Origin: Hydrolagus affinis | Taxonomy: Eukaryota | Direction of reading: 5' to 3' | Assembly (NCBI GenBank): GCA_012026655.1 | Contig: JAAILG010000014.1 | Location: 124,001-188,000, forward strand | Length of the DNA stretch: 64,000 bases | Part shown: positions 13,075-25,782 of the stretch, one piece after another | How positions within the stretch are numbered: the first letter of the stretch is position 1 | Layout: every line of letters begins with the position of its first letter | The notes under the pieces: generated by a model | Told to the model about the DNA's origin: nothing | What the model saw: the letters and a program-made list of their open reading frames with translations, nothing else | Database searches by the model: none | Translations under genes and position numbers: made by a program

Positions 13075-13352
13075 GCCCTTGCCTTGCAATCGAGAGACCT
13101 GGGTTCGATTCTCGGCAGCGGGAGAAACCTTGGGCAAGTTTCTTTACTCCACCTTCCTGATGGTAATCGCTTAAAAAAACAATAACAATTAGGTCACTTC
13201 AATTCACGACTGTGGGACACTGCTGTGTGCAATTGGCTGTGGCATTTCACCCACAAATATACAGTCAATTCACTTTACAGTATATTCTGTGAAGCACTTT
13301 GAGACGTCTAGAAGACATGAAAAATGCTACAGTAAAGACAAGGATTATTTTT
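13075..13352 (+). mobile_element. tRNA-head Deu-type SINE, short form
   Basis: GCCTTGCAATCGAGAGACCTGGGTTCGATT...ACCTTGGGCAAGTTTC...GTGGGACACTGCTGTG...CAAGGATTATT. Confidence 0.8.
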
Positions 13353-14029
13353 ATATCATTTGCCATATCCAAAACTTTTGAAACACTTGACATGCAATTA
13401 ATATCAAGTGAAATAACTGCTTTTGTAGACGAATGCAGCAGCTATTCTGTACATTGCAATATGGCAAAAAGCTATAAAGTGTATGGCCAATTTTTTCTGG
13501 AGGGTTGTTGGCCTGGACACGAGGAGAAACTTCTTTTTCAATTAATAGTGTCAAGCAGTGGTTCACATTTACTGAAAGAAAGAAAATAGTGCATTGTTTC
13601 AATGGCTTATCCCAAAGATGGCACCTCTAACAGTGCCCACTCTCCCCCATATTGACTGGAAACTCAGCCTAGACTATAAGCTCCTGATATGGCACGTGAA
13701 CCCACAACCTTCTGCTGGAGTGCCACCAACTGAGCCAAGCTGACACATGACACTGCATGCTTAGATTCTTAATCTCTTTATAAACTAAAAGTCATAGCTA
13801 CCTTTCATACACCTGCTGGGAGAGCTGTTAGGTTGCCCAGACACCCAGTTCAGTTCAGATATTAATCACACTAATCTGCTATGCACAACTTCAAATATGT
13901 GGCACTGCCCATCTACTAATGAATAGGAGACAGTTATTTATAAATTGGCAATAAAAATGCAAGTAGTCTGTCTTCAGCACTTCACATAGAGAGAATTAGT
14001 TCTGCACTCTCTCCAGTACAGTATTACAA

Positions 14030-14460
14030 TGATCGTTGCATTTGACATAGAGCCTTATTCTAACCAACCATTTTAAACTGCTTCTAAGAGGTTTTCTGTA
14101 AAGTCCAGGCGACGATGTAGAGGCAAACGCAGCAGCCAATTTGCACAGTAACATCTTACAAACAGCCAAGAAGTGAATGACCAATTTTCACCTGCTCAGA
14201 AATTGTTATTTTAAACAATTTCGCAGGTAAAAATTGGTCATTTGCTTCATGGCTGTTTGTGAGATGTTACTGAGAGAATCTCGCTTCTATTTTCAATTTA
14301 GTGATATGGGATCGTTAACATCTACTTAAATAGGCGTAGAGAAGACATTGATTTAACATCTTATCCAAAAGACAGCACATCCAACAACACAGAGCTCGCC
14401 CAGTACTGCGCCCAGAACTGGAGAGTTCGTCTAGACAGTGAGCTCAAGTCCCAATCTTGG
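14030..14460 (-). mobile_element. Older DeuSINE carrying an internal fold-back inverted duplication (14146-14272)
   Basis: Minus-strand tail, body and head are recognisable on both sides of a 127-bp quasi-palindrome. Confidence 0.75.
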
Positions 14461-14764
14461 GGAAACATTAAAGGGGATAACAGTGGTCTTGCACTTGTAA
14501 ATATAATTTGATATGGTTTAATATCATCACTGCTTAATGTAGGCATTTCTAATACAGAAGGAATTTTAAATGACCAACTGGTAATAATCCTCCTTGGAAA
14601 AGTAAGCATGGTCTCTTTAGAACTGAGATGACTCCAGGGTTACGTGTTGGGCAACAGAATTTTGGAATCAAGTCAATCCTCGGCAGCAGTCTTAATCATC
14701 TGTGGACCAGTTAGTTTGAGTTGCCAACAGGATTTGGATGAGTAGGCCAATCACTGGAGACAGA

Positions 14765-14926
14765 GATTCTTCCCACTTGGCTCCTGTTAACGCTGTCAAG
14801 TAGGTTAGTCTAAGTGGGTAAGTAACGGGAATTTAGTCAAAGGAAAGCTGCTCAGTTTTAGCTGTTTCAACTCTAACAACTACTCCAATGCACAGTCTGG
14901 GGACCTCAAGCCTTGGCTCTTGCTAA
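14765..14926 (+). repeat. Unclassified dispersed repeat, family X, copy 2
   Basis: GATTCTTCCCACTTGGCTCCTGTTAAC...TGCACAGTCTGGGGACCTCAAGCCTTGGCTCT. Confidence 0.7.
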
Positions 14927-16479
14927 TCTACCTTTTAATACTCTCCAGAATCAAGTAAGCGGTGTGTGTCCCTCCGACATCAACAACTTGCATTTATATA
15001 GCGCCCTTCACATGAGGCAGTGCCTTGGAGTGCACACACTTTCTTGATTCTCCAAGGAAAAACGAGTTTACATTCCTAATAATAATCCATCCAAAAAGAA
15101 ACACAATAATACAAAATTGGTCGTTTTCAATCCACGGCTGTTTATGGGACACTGCTGTGGGTAATTGGCTGCCGCGTTTCGCCCACAAATACACAGTCAA
15201 TGTAAAATTCACTTTACAGTATATTCTCTGAAGCACTTTGAGACATCGATAAGATGTGAAAAGTGCTATATCAATTGCAAGTCTGACTCGGGGAAATATC
15301 CGTGCACATTGTGGAGCTCCTCGGAATACTGTTAAAAACATGTCTGCGTGTTCCCCGATTGAAAAAAAAAGCTAGTTTAAAACTGCTTCCCATGTAGACC
15401 AGGTATGAGTTACCTCATCACAGGCTCTGTAAATACACGAGCTCTATGAATGGTCTGGACATTTCACTCGATCTTTAGGAGGCTGTACACCTGTTTTACA
15501 TTATTTCCACAAAGTCTCTTTCACACTCCTTGCCTTCACCTCTGTGCACCGTGCTTGCCTGCACTCGTTTAGCTTTCATTTCCTCCTTCATTTTATTTTT
15601 CTGCTTCTGTGTTTTTTTTTCTCTGTGTCCCCACATTCCTTCTCTTCCCCAATCACTCCCTCCCTCCACCTCGATTTATTTTGACAAGCCTACTCGGTGC
15701 CAAAGTTTGCTTCGGATCATTTTTCCGGCCAATTCACCGTAGTACTAAGGCTGTGTTCTGTGCGATTTGCACCGACCAGGAAGAATGCTACTTCTATATG
15801 AAGAGATATTAATAATAATAATGCTTTAATTTGATATAGCAGATTATCATGTCATCAAGGTATCTCAAAGCGCTTTGCAGAACTATACTGTAAAGTGGAT
15901 TGACTGTATATTTTGTGAGCAAAACAAGGCAGCCAATTGTACACAGCAGACAGATCGTGAATCCATTATCCAGATAAGTGATGATCAGGGTTTAAATAGG
16001 TTTAGCAAATAATTTCTAGGTCCATCTCCAGGACTTGGGTAAGTTACTGAGGGTGCGAGCACTCAGGGAACTAGAGCACCTGATCTCCTTGAAGAGAGGA
16101 GAAGGGGTAGAGTCCTAGCTAAAGAATTGGTGATTCCTGATGTCTTCAATGTGGTCAGATCTCCTCCACGGGCTCACTTCTTTCAACTCAGTGGTGAGTG
16201 AGACATGCACTGCCAAGCGCATCAGCTGTTTACAAAGAGATGCAAGCTACTAACTCTCCTCTAACCTCCCCACTCCCCTCCCTACCCCCATACACTCCCC
16301 CCACCACCCTTCTCCCTTCACACAACTAACCATTAGGAGGGGCTGTGTGGAACCTCAGTGGGTTATCCAACCCTATCTCTGGGAATCGCTATGTGATGTT
16401 ACACTTTGTGAAAAGCGCTGTAGATTGCAAGTTGTATAGCAAGTTGTTATTGCTATTTGCTGGAACTGGCACATGGGAA

Positions 16480-16855
16480 CTTTGAACTCACAGTCCAGGA
16501 TGACACTCCAGTGTAGTGCTGGGGAGCACTGCATTGTCGGAGGCGCCGTCCTTGAGATGAGAAGTTACACCAATTTCTTGTCTGTCTGTTCAAGTGGATG
16601 TTAAAGATCCTGTGGCACTTTTTAAAAAGCAAACGATTTTTCTCCCCAGTGTCCTGCCTAACAATCCTCCAAAATAATATTGTTCACTCATTTCATGGCT
16701 GTTTTGGGGACATTGCTGTGTGCAAATTAGCTGTTGCGTTTGCCTACAATTAAACAGTCACTATACATTACAGTAATATCTTGTGAAGTGGTTTGAGACA
16801 TTTCAATGATATGACAGAGTACTGTATCAAATGCAAGGATTATTAATTATTATTT
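16480..16855 (+). mobile_element. Older SacSINE1-like DeuSINE
   Basis: TGACACTCCAGTGTAGTGCTGGGGAGCACTGCATTGTCGGAGG...GTGGATGTTAAAGATCCTGTGGCAC (Deu-domain-like)...AAATGCAAGGATTATT. Confidence 0.8.
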
Positions 16856-18057
16856 AAGCATTGGAACTGAGAACAGGAATGCCAAGGATAATGAAAGAAA
16901 TAGCAAAAATGTAATGTTCCCCCTTCATTCTATTAATAACAATTTTAAAAATAGATTTATAACTAAGTTTGCAATGATTAAGTTGGAGCAGGGTTTCTGG
17001 TTGCTGGTTTCAGTCTTTGAAACTTTTTCCCTTTGCAGATAAAAGATTTTTTTTTATTAAAAAAAACGCAATGACATAACAATGAAAAAGAACAAGCTTT
17101 CTGGCTCCCATTTAATAAGGGAAGAAATGAGGCTTGAATTCACTCTATAAACCAGTAGATAAACAGGAGTTCAGTCACCAGCAGGTCTGAGCTCAGGATT
17201 TTAATGGCCCCCCTGCAATAACTTTTATGGTCCTTCTTCCATTCCCCCCACCCCAAAAAAAAACTGCACGTCACAGTAACACATGAAGAAACACAATGGC
17301 TAGCATTCAATTTCTCTCACTGCCAAACTCTGTGGTACTCGGTGTGTGGTGTCCCGAGAGGCACAGAGGAGGGAAGAAAGAGAGAGAGAGATGGAAAAAA
17401 AAGAGGGGGGGAGTGGGGGTGGGGGGAAGAGAGAGGGAATGAGAGAAGGCTCTGAATGTGGAAGGGGGAAAACAGAGGGAGAGAGTGAGAAAAAAAAGAG
17501 GAAAAAGAGATACTCCACAAAGAGTAGAAGAGAGGCAAAGAGCGATGATTCCAGATATAAAAGAGGCAATGAGGAGACAGATTGTCGAGAGCAAAGGCAG
17601 GATTTGTGCCCTCATTCAGACTTCCTATGTATTGATGTTTTGAAACTTGGTCTTTGTTTTATGCTCAGAAGCAGAGAGGGCGAGAGTTCGATAGGCAGGA
17701 GGTGGAAATCAAAAGAGAAGTAACTATGACTGACGAGATGGAGCAGGGAGTGGGGGGATGGGGAATGACAGAAACTCAAACAAGCCGCCTCTTGTCTAGG
17801 ACACATTGGAAAAGACGGCAAACCGAGCACACGCAGCGCTTCATTAAGATGTTGAGAAAATAATAAGTCATAACAAAAATATCCAGAGTAGATAATGAAA
17901 AACGGCTAAACCAGTTTAGAGAGAAGCAGCATCAGAGAGCATGCCCATACCCTGCTCCTTCCAATTGAATCCTCAGAAGCCCCATCAGTCACATCAGCTA
18001 ATTACTGAACAGCTAATAACCACACTTCTGTATTCTGTAATAACCACACTATTGCAT

Positions 18058-18448
18058 GGAGCCCTGTGGCGTAGTAGTTAATGCGCTCACCTCACTAGCA
18101 TGCTTGCCTCACAAGCGAGAGGACTCTGGTTCGATTCCCAGGTGGGGCGGAACCTTAGGCAAGTTTCCCTACTCCATACGTCTCTGTTTACCTAGCAGTA
18201 AGTAGGAACCTGGTCGATAGTTGATTGGCAGATCACATTCCAGGGTGGGAGGGGGGAATTATAATTTAGTCACTCAATTCATGACTGTTTGTAGGACATT
18301 GCAGTGTGCAATTGGCTGCCATGTTTCACACATAAAATACGCAGTCAATGAACTTTACAATATATTCCGTGAAGCGCTTTGGGATGTCTTGATGATATAG
18401 GGCGCTATATCAAATCCAAGCATTTTTATTATTATTATTATTATTATT
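18058..18448 (+). mobile_element. tRNA-head Deu-type SINE, long form, full length
   Basis: GGAGCCCTGTGGCGTAGTAG...GGTTCGATTCCC...CTGTTTACCTAGCAGTAAGTAGGAACC...body...GGCGCTATATCAAAT...(TTA)n. Confidence 0.85.
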
Positions 18449-19708
18449 GCAGGCTAGTCGTATTTTATAACAAGTGAAAACATCTTTAAGCTGTTGTTTC
18501 TGAAGCTAGAAGAGGAGAATGTGTGTGTGGTGCAGTGCAGACTCCCTGGATAGGGTAGGTGTGTGGTCTTGGAACATGGAGGACAAAAATAAGTCATTGC
18601 ATTTCAAGTGAACAACGAGCAACGCGGAGCATAATAAGGCCAGGTGCTACAGACTGTTACAGACAAGAAAGGAGTAAGACAGGCATTGGTAGTGGTGGTG
18701 GGGGGTGGAGGTAGAGGAAACAGGGAGACGAGAAGAAATTGGCACCTTTTAATCAGGAGTTTTCTATGAGCAAGCAAAGGATTTAGCCAGAAGCAGTGGG
18801 AGATTTCTTGTATTCTTAACAACAGAAGAGCCAATGGTCGGATGTTTGAGCTGTAAAGTATTTCACTGAAGTTAATAATCACATATTACTCAGTTGAAGG
18901 ATCACAGCTTTTATTTTTTTTAATTCTCCATTATTCTTGCATTTTAAATTGCATCTTTACCTTCAGGAGGAACATCTCAAATAATAATTCTGGTTCACAG
19001 GATTTACTGTAAAGTGTAATGACGATTTTGTAGACAAACGCGGCAGCTAATTTGCCCAGAGCTGTATCCCGCAAACAGCCAGGAAGCGAATGAACGAGAT
19101 TATTTAAGAGATTGTTGGCCAAGATACAGAGAGAAACTTTTTTCTATCTTATGAAATCTTTGCAGGCTTTATACTGTGCATCTCGCCTCTCACCCCAACT
19201 CTACCACAATCAGGACTACTGACTGGAGTCTGCAGCAATTTCTAATTGCTCCATTCTATGCTCTATTAAAGAGCATTTTGCTTTAAGTTGCCTTGTTACA
19301 ACAAGCTGTTGAAAAATAAAATGGTCTCATAAGGAAGACGGAGGTAACAGTAATGCTTTTCTTCACTGGGTTGGCATGGACACGTGGAAAACAACTTTGA
19401 TATGCGCTGGAGAGTAAGCCATTGAAAGCAGGCGCTTGTACGCTGGGTTTAATAATATTGACCTTTACCTTGATCTAATCTAATCTCTCTCTGGTGGTCA
19501 GTCCTGTGACTCGGAGTTCAATAGCAAACATTGCGGGCGATTTCTGGAAGAAAGTCAATGCCTTGAAATCCAGTGAGATCACGTGCGGCTTCCTCCTCTG
19601 GTTTGCTTAGGCTCCCCCCTAGATCAGGGCATGAACGTCCACATTCAGCTGCTGATCTGCTTCTGAAGAAATCTAGAATGATTGAATCCCCCATGTCAAT
19701 ATAGAGAA

Positions 19709-19911
19709 GGGATTCTTCACACTTGGCTCCTGTTAACCGCGCAAGTCAAAGTCCAAATGGTTAGGGTGGACCTCGCTGGAAAAGCAGCAGTATGCTTGGC
19801 ATACAGTACTTTCAATGGCAAGCTATGTGGTTTTAGCTAGTTAGACTCCAGAGGTTAACCCCAATGCACTTTGGCTTGCAGGATTAACAAGCGTTGAGTG
19901 TGAAGAATTCC
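19709..19911 (+). repeat. Unclassified dispersed repeat, family X, copy 3, with inverted arms of about 47 bp
   Basis: Left arm GGGATTCTTCACACTTGGCTCCTGTTAACCGCGCAAGTCAAAGTCCA pairs with the reverse complement of the right arm (GGAATTCTTCACACTCAACGCTTGTTAATCCTGCAAGCCAAAGTGCA) at 36 of 47 positions by hand count. Confidence 0.7.
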
Positions 19912-21739
19912 TGTCCCCAGAGATGGTTTGGTCTCCAAGTCCTGCTGAAAAACTGTCATTATCACTGCAATGGACTACTGCAGACGTGCATGGCTCAGAA
20001 ACTTATCCAGCTGCCACAGAGGGTTGACACAATTCCCATTTTTAAGCTGGCCTTCTTGGTCACCTCGGCTTTAATGAGACAACAACAACAACAAAAAATT
20101 AATTCCTCCTTACCCACGTACATCCCTCCCCTCCTGCCCGGAAGGAGGAAAGTCACAACTTGGTTATTTGTCACCCGAAAATCCTGGCTTTGAGTCCTCA
20201 CTGGGTGCATGGCAAGTACGAGGAATTCCCTGCGAGCTTCCAGATGGGCAACACAGCTCAGCGCAAAACGCATTTGAGCATTGCCACCGTCTTCCTGCCC
20301 GCAACTCGGACACACATCCCTTCTCATTGAGCGATGGTTCTACCAGTTGGAGCAATAGCTGTTTAATTCCCTTCATACTAATCAAGGTGGATCTCATGCA
20401 TTGGAATATATGAATGCGAGTTCGCAAACATAGAGATCCAGCAGTTGTCGTTCCAGGTGACCGTTTCTGTAGTCAAATGAAGCAAGGTCACAAAAAGCAG
20501 CCAGGAAGTGAATGGTCCATCTTTCTGGAGGATGTTTTGGTCAGGATGCCAGGAGAAACTCCCTTCTTTTTTTATATGGTATCATTGGATCTTCAACAAC
20601 TCCATGTACAGGCAGATAACACCTCAGTTTGTCTCATCTCATAACAGTGTATTCTGTGAAGCACTTTGAGACGTCTAGAAGATATGATAAGGTGTTATAT
20701 ATCAAATGCAAGGATTATTATTATCTCTGATAATGTAACATGCCCACCCCCCCCACTTCCCAGTACAGCACTAAATACAGTACATTGTTTTTCTTAATTC
20801 TGCAAACTTCCATTTCAGCAATCTGTCTCTGGAATTGCTAGTAGATGGAATGAGTGAAATTCTCAGTTTGGTTTGGATACTCTCAAGCACGGTGATGGCT
20901 TTCAGTTTGTGTCAGATTCACAACTAACATCTACCCCCAGACTCTTAACCTTTAGATGATAGTTAAATTTAGGAAAAGGTGTGTTCCTGGTTCATATGAG
21001 CTATGTGATGGCACAGCAGTCACTACATTTCAAAGTAACTCATTGCGTGAAGCACTTTGAGATGTTTACAGATAACAAGGCATTGTGTTGAATGCAAGCG
21101 GTATTATGTCAGCATTGCTTTAGCTTTGTTTTTGTACTTCTTGTTCTCGAGAGAACACTTGGTAGATAGTGAGATAAACAGAAGATACACATCAGCATTT
21201 AAAATAGAGTAATCCAGCAGCAATAAAACTGCAGCAAGGTTACATGTTCTGTTCATATCAACTGTTTGTGTTGTGCATCACAGTGGCTTAGTTGTTGGGA
21301 CTCTTGCCTTCGAGTCAGAAGCCGAGTCAGGTTGAGATCTTAGTCAGAGTGGGGCTCAAAGTCCGCTTCAGGACTTTGAACTCATTTAATGTGGGCTTCA
21401 CTTGCTGTGGTGTAGCTTGCTGGCCACTGGTTGCTTTCTGTCACCTTTTCCAAGTAACCATTGTTCATGTGCAAGTCTTCATACTGAGTACTGTATATAG
21501 GTACTGAACACAAAGTTCTCAGAGAGTTACCAGCCTGATTTTAATCAGCCTAATTAGGTGAGGGAAAAGGCTGATCTCCTCACACAACCTTGTTTGAGAC
21601 CCGAAAACTCAGCATAGACTGGGATTCCAACCAGAGAGTCCTGGTCCATAAGCTGGTCCTTTTCCGAGAGAACAATTTTTTCTTAGTTCACCGGCAAGCG
21701 GGTGATAGTGATGGAGAATTGTTACTTTATTTCTATTAA

Positions 21740-22085
21740 TGGATGACTGTTGGCTTGGAGCACGACAATATATCCAGGCTGCACGCAGAATTCTCCACAC
21801 CCCACCACCCCCATAACGTGTCTCAACAACTACCTCAGAAGACGACAAGCCTGTTTGTCTCATTCCCTCCACTACTCTCTCTGCCCTTCCTGTGTGAGAG
21901 TGCCAAATCCGTTGCCAGTTATTGATGAATTCCAGGCATTTCTCGGCTACGCTCCTGCTCCCAGGAGGATACGGAGCTGAGGTTGATCACGTTTTATGTC
22001 AGCACGATTTACAGTCGGCAAAGACAGGAGGCTTTCATCCATCTGCCTGAACTGGATTCAAACCCTGGTTTGGAAGCAGCCAGAT
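21740..22085 (-). mobile_element. LF-SINE-like ancient SINE relic
   Basis: The minus strand reads GGGTTTGAATCCAGTTCAGGCAGATGGATGAAAG...TTTGGCACTCTCAC...GTTGAGACACGTT...GTGTGGAGAA, co-linear with the recalled LF-SINE layout. Confidence 0.5.
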
Positions 22086-22529
22086 GGACAACAATGATCT
22101 TTTTCCAGTTTTGTGCAATCCTTTGTCCCTATGCAAGCTCCAGGGGTGAGAAGTCATTCTGAGCTGGCTGCACCACCCAATCCCATTGGAGTTTTGACTC
22201 TTATAGCTTCTTTAAAGAGTACTTGCAGTTACAAGAAAATTAGCCAAGCTTCACAAGCAGGCATTTGACTGGTGTTAATTCACTGTGTTGACACTGTTTT
22301 AACTGCAAGTTACTTTGTGCTTTTGACAGTCACCAAGTCAGTTGTCTTTCAGGGTGTGGAATTACTAGGGCAGCAGTATCGCTATTAAAACTTTCTTCTC
22401 TGCTGTATCCAATGGTAATCCTTCCCTGATAAATGAATAGGATCATTGAATTATCGCATCTAGAAAGGTTACAAACCTAGGAAAAGTTTCAAGGGTTAGA
22501 TTTTCTTCAGATAGACAGGGAATTATTTT

Positions 22530-22765
22530 AAATAGAATCTCAGAAAAATCAGTGCAGCAAAGAGACTTTCGGATCCATCGGGCTTACTCCCCCATTGGAA
22601 CTATCCATACAAATCCCATTTCCCTACCTTCTCCCCATGTCTTTACTCTTCAAATCTTCCTCTAATTTCCTTTTAAACATCACAAATCAACTCGGTTTCA
22701 AAAAGCCACTTTTGATAGTTTATTCTACAGTTTATTAACCCTTTCTGTGAAATTGTTTCATCCAA
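22530..22765 (-). mobile_element. CR1 LINE 3' end, degenerate
   Basis: Antisense CR1-like 3' UTR and ORF2 end (TCTAATTTCCTTTTAAA...TTATTCTACAG..TTAACCCTTTCTGTGAA). Confidence 0.5.
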
Positions 22766-23039
22766 CCTTCATCATTACATATTGTAATGAGATACAAATT
22801 AAGATATATACTATATAAAATTTTTATATCAAGAAGGATGGAGGAAGTGCGAGATAGGTGGAGGTTAAAAAAAATTGCCAATAGGATTAACAAAATCATA
22901 GCTGATTGTGCTTTATAAATGAGCACTGTGATCATTGTCGTTCTTGGGATGTCCTCAGAGCCTAGGGATGTCCTCCCAATGTGAAAGGCGCTATACAAAT
23001 GTAATTTTGGTGGTGATGATAGTGCTGGTAATGTACAGA

Positions 23040-23390
23040 GTAATAATCCTTCCATTTGATACGACTAATCACACCTTTGAGTCTTCTCAAAGCACTTCAC
23101 AGAACATACTGTAAAGTAAAGTGAATTGACTGTATATTTTGTGTGAAAAAAGTGTCCCACAAACAGTTGTGGATTTGGTTATCAAATCACTATTATTTTT
23201 TTCAAGGGAATATTACCCCCAGAAAAGCAATCTGCCAATCGTCTAACAACCGGGTAACTACTTACTGCTAGGTAAACAGAGGAGTGTGGAGTAAGAAAAC
23301 TCACCTAATGTTTTGCCATGCCAGGGAAGCAAACCCGGGTCCTCTCACTTATGAGGCGAGTGCCCTAACCAAAATCCTACACGACTTCAC
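23040..23390 (-). mobile_element. tRNA-head Deu-type SINE, long form
   Basis: Co-linear with the copies at 33135-33500(-), 39020-39347(-) and 53485-53851(-). Confidence 0.8.
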
Positions 23391-24024
23391 ATTCAGGCCT
23401 GTGGGAGCTGGGTGTGACTGTAGCGGCTTCCTTTCAATTCTAGTCCAGCAGTAATTGATGGACCAGTCATACTTTCAGCCTGAAGCCAAGCTCTGGAGTT
23501 TACTGCAAAGACCTCTTGGCCTTTTGGTCCAGCATTTCAAAGTCAACTCCTCACAATAATACACATGTGACAATATAGCTCAGAGGAGCAGTGGGGCTTT
23601 CTTTCTTGGAACTTCTGGGGATCTGACAACACCCTAGCTCTGCCGCTTTTTGCTCACAATGGGTGTTGTCCCTGGGGCAGAGGATTCCTTTTAGAAATAA
23701 AGGGTGTAATCTCCAGTACAGGTCCAAGGGTCAACTGAGTACCCTGACCCGGGGAAGAAAATGCTTCTGAGGTGGAAGGACTTGGTGACAGCAAGTCAGT
23801 CAGTTTACATTGGCTCGCCTTTGGAACGATATTGCACTATCATCAATCAAGGAAGGTTGTGACAGCCGAGGAAGACGGGAGACAAATTTAGCCTTGCTTT
23901 CTTAAAACGACTGTGAATTGCTGGTCAGTAAATGGAAGGACTGAGGCCTTTTTTTGTATTCCAAAGCACAAGTGAAGGTTATAAAACAGCAGGTTGGCAC
24001 TGAACCAAGTTAAACATTATAAGT

Positions 24025-24255
24025 AAAACAGAAAAGGATGGAAATGTGCTGAAGGTTACCAAGGACCCAACAGAGAGAGAGAGAGAGAGAGAAAGAAAGA
24101 GAGAAAGAGAGAGGGAGGGAAAATACTTTAGCATCTCAGGCAGAACATTTATCGCATTCAAGTACAAGAAGACACCTGAAATGTTATTGTATCTTTCTCC
24201 ATCGGGTGCTGATTAATTTGTGTTTTCTGTTTTAATTTCAGATTTTTAGCATTCC
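24025..24255. mobile_element. Degenerate inverted-repeat element resembling shark Penelope-derived ends, with internal (GA)n
   Basis: AAAACAGAAAAGGATGGAAAT at the left and CCTGAAATGTT...TTTTCTGTTTTAATTTCAGATTTTTAGCA at the right. A related end lies at about 39930-40025 (TGAAACGTT...CAGATGCTGACTGACC...TGTTTTTATTTC). The family assignment is from memory. Confidence 0.4.
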
Positions 24256-24340
24256 TTTTAATTCTTCCAACCTGCAAGCCATTTTTCCTACCAAATTCTC
24301 TCTTTCATCACTTATGCTCATCAAGTCACCCACAGCCAGG

Positions 24341-24385
24341 CAATCAATCAATCAATCAATCAATCAGTCAATCAATCAGTCAGTC
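24341..24385 (+). repeat. (AATC)n microsatellite
   Basis: CAATCAATCAATCAATCAATCAATCAGTCAATCAATCAGTCAGTC. Confidence 0.9.
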
Positions 24386-25594
24386 CATCCAAAATGATCC
24401 ACAAACCAGCATCGTGCCATAGGAACAAGCCACCCCGACTGGTTTCAACAGACTTAAGAAAGTAGCTTGGTGCATCGGTTTGTTTAATGTGAAATTAGCA
24501 GATGATAATGCTCCTAGGTGTAGAATAGTAAGAGACATCAGCAAATTCTTGTCAGTAACTATGAAATACAAAGGGCTGCAAGGTTCTCCGCTAAGATGCG
24601 GAACATTGTCTGGTTAAAGAAACACACAAAAGACTGTCACACTCTCAGAGCAATAATTCAAAACGCCAGCAGTGCAGAGACATGCACTTAGTAGGGAGCT
24701 AATTATGACTGACGGATAGCCAGAGATCAAAAGCTGTATTTAAGAGGGTGCCAAACTGATCAGTCTCCCCTGTACCCTCCCTTTCTCTCCCCACCCCCGA
24801 TCCCCATAAAAAGGTTTTGACAAACTCCGCCTGTAATTATGTCCTCGGGTCCCTTTGCTGTGAATCATCAATATCATCAACAACACCGTTGCCATTACAG
24901 AGGCAGCAAATGATCTGTAAAAGCTCTTTGCAATTTTGCATTTACTCTCCGGAAGCCACATTGTGCGTTTTCTACATTATGTTTGTTATTTGTGGGACTT
25001 AACATTATCATATCATGGAAATTAGTGTGAGGAATTGCTAACCTTGCTATGTGCAAAGGGGTTTGGTTTGAACATTTTTTTAACATGAAACATTTTGCTA
25101 CGTTCCTCAAGGCAAAGCAGCAGATTAAGGCCATGAAAAAATCAATGGAAATAAAGCAGGAATACAGATGCTTGAAAGAGCACGTAGCAAACATGGGATT
25201 TTTTTTGGAAACAGCTGACATCAAACACCGCCATTTACATATGTGAAGCAGGATTTGCTACGCTGACAGCCCTGAAGGCAAAACACAGAGTACATCTGCA
25301 TGTGGAAACTGACATGCAAGTGTCACTGACTGGAATGAAACCACGTTATGATGACTTGTGCAGAGATTACAAGGTGTAAGCATCTCATTCAGCACATTGG
25401 ACTCAGAGATTGTGTGACATTGTACATAACATTTAATCATGATTTTTGATTCATTTTCTTAAACTCTTTTCAAATGTTGTTTGCGATTAAACTAAGGTAA
25501 TCAATGTCAATGGAGTTACTGTCAGTTGGATGGCCCTTCATGGGGGTTTGAACCTCTATTCCAACAAGCCTTGGCGTTTTCCAAGTACTCCCGA

Positions 25595-25782
25595 AATTAT
25601 TCTCCGGAATTAGGTAAGCAGGATGTGTCCCTCTAAGGAGAGAGTGTGTATTCCATTTCAGACACAGTGAAATTTGTATGCTGTGTCTGAAAGATGGCAT
25701 ACATATATGGATTGTATATCTAGTTTGGATAATCTTGAGCATTGTGATGGATTTCTTAATATGTCAGATCCCCAGCTGACCA
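25595..25782 (-). repeat. Unclassified dispersed repeat, family Y, copy 2, with central hairpin
   Basis: Homologous to 9694-9862. Perfect 12-bp arms TTTCAGACACAG (25656-25667) and CTGTGTCTGAAA (25681-25692). Confidence 0.65.

Noticed and set aside
17300-17863. Cluster of overlapping ORFs on both strands
   Set aside because: A low-complexity purine-rich tract lacks stops; there is no recognisable domain or splice structure.
24130-24200. Hammerhead ribozyme, as expected in Penelope-like ends
   Set aside because: Only a degenerate GAAA side is visible; the CTGANGA core is absent here and at about 39930.
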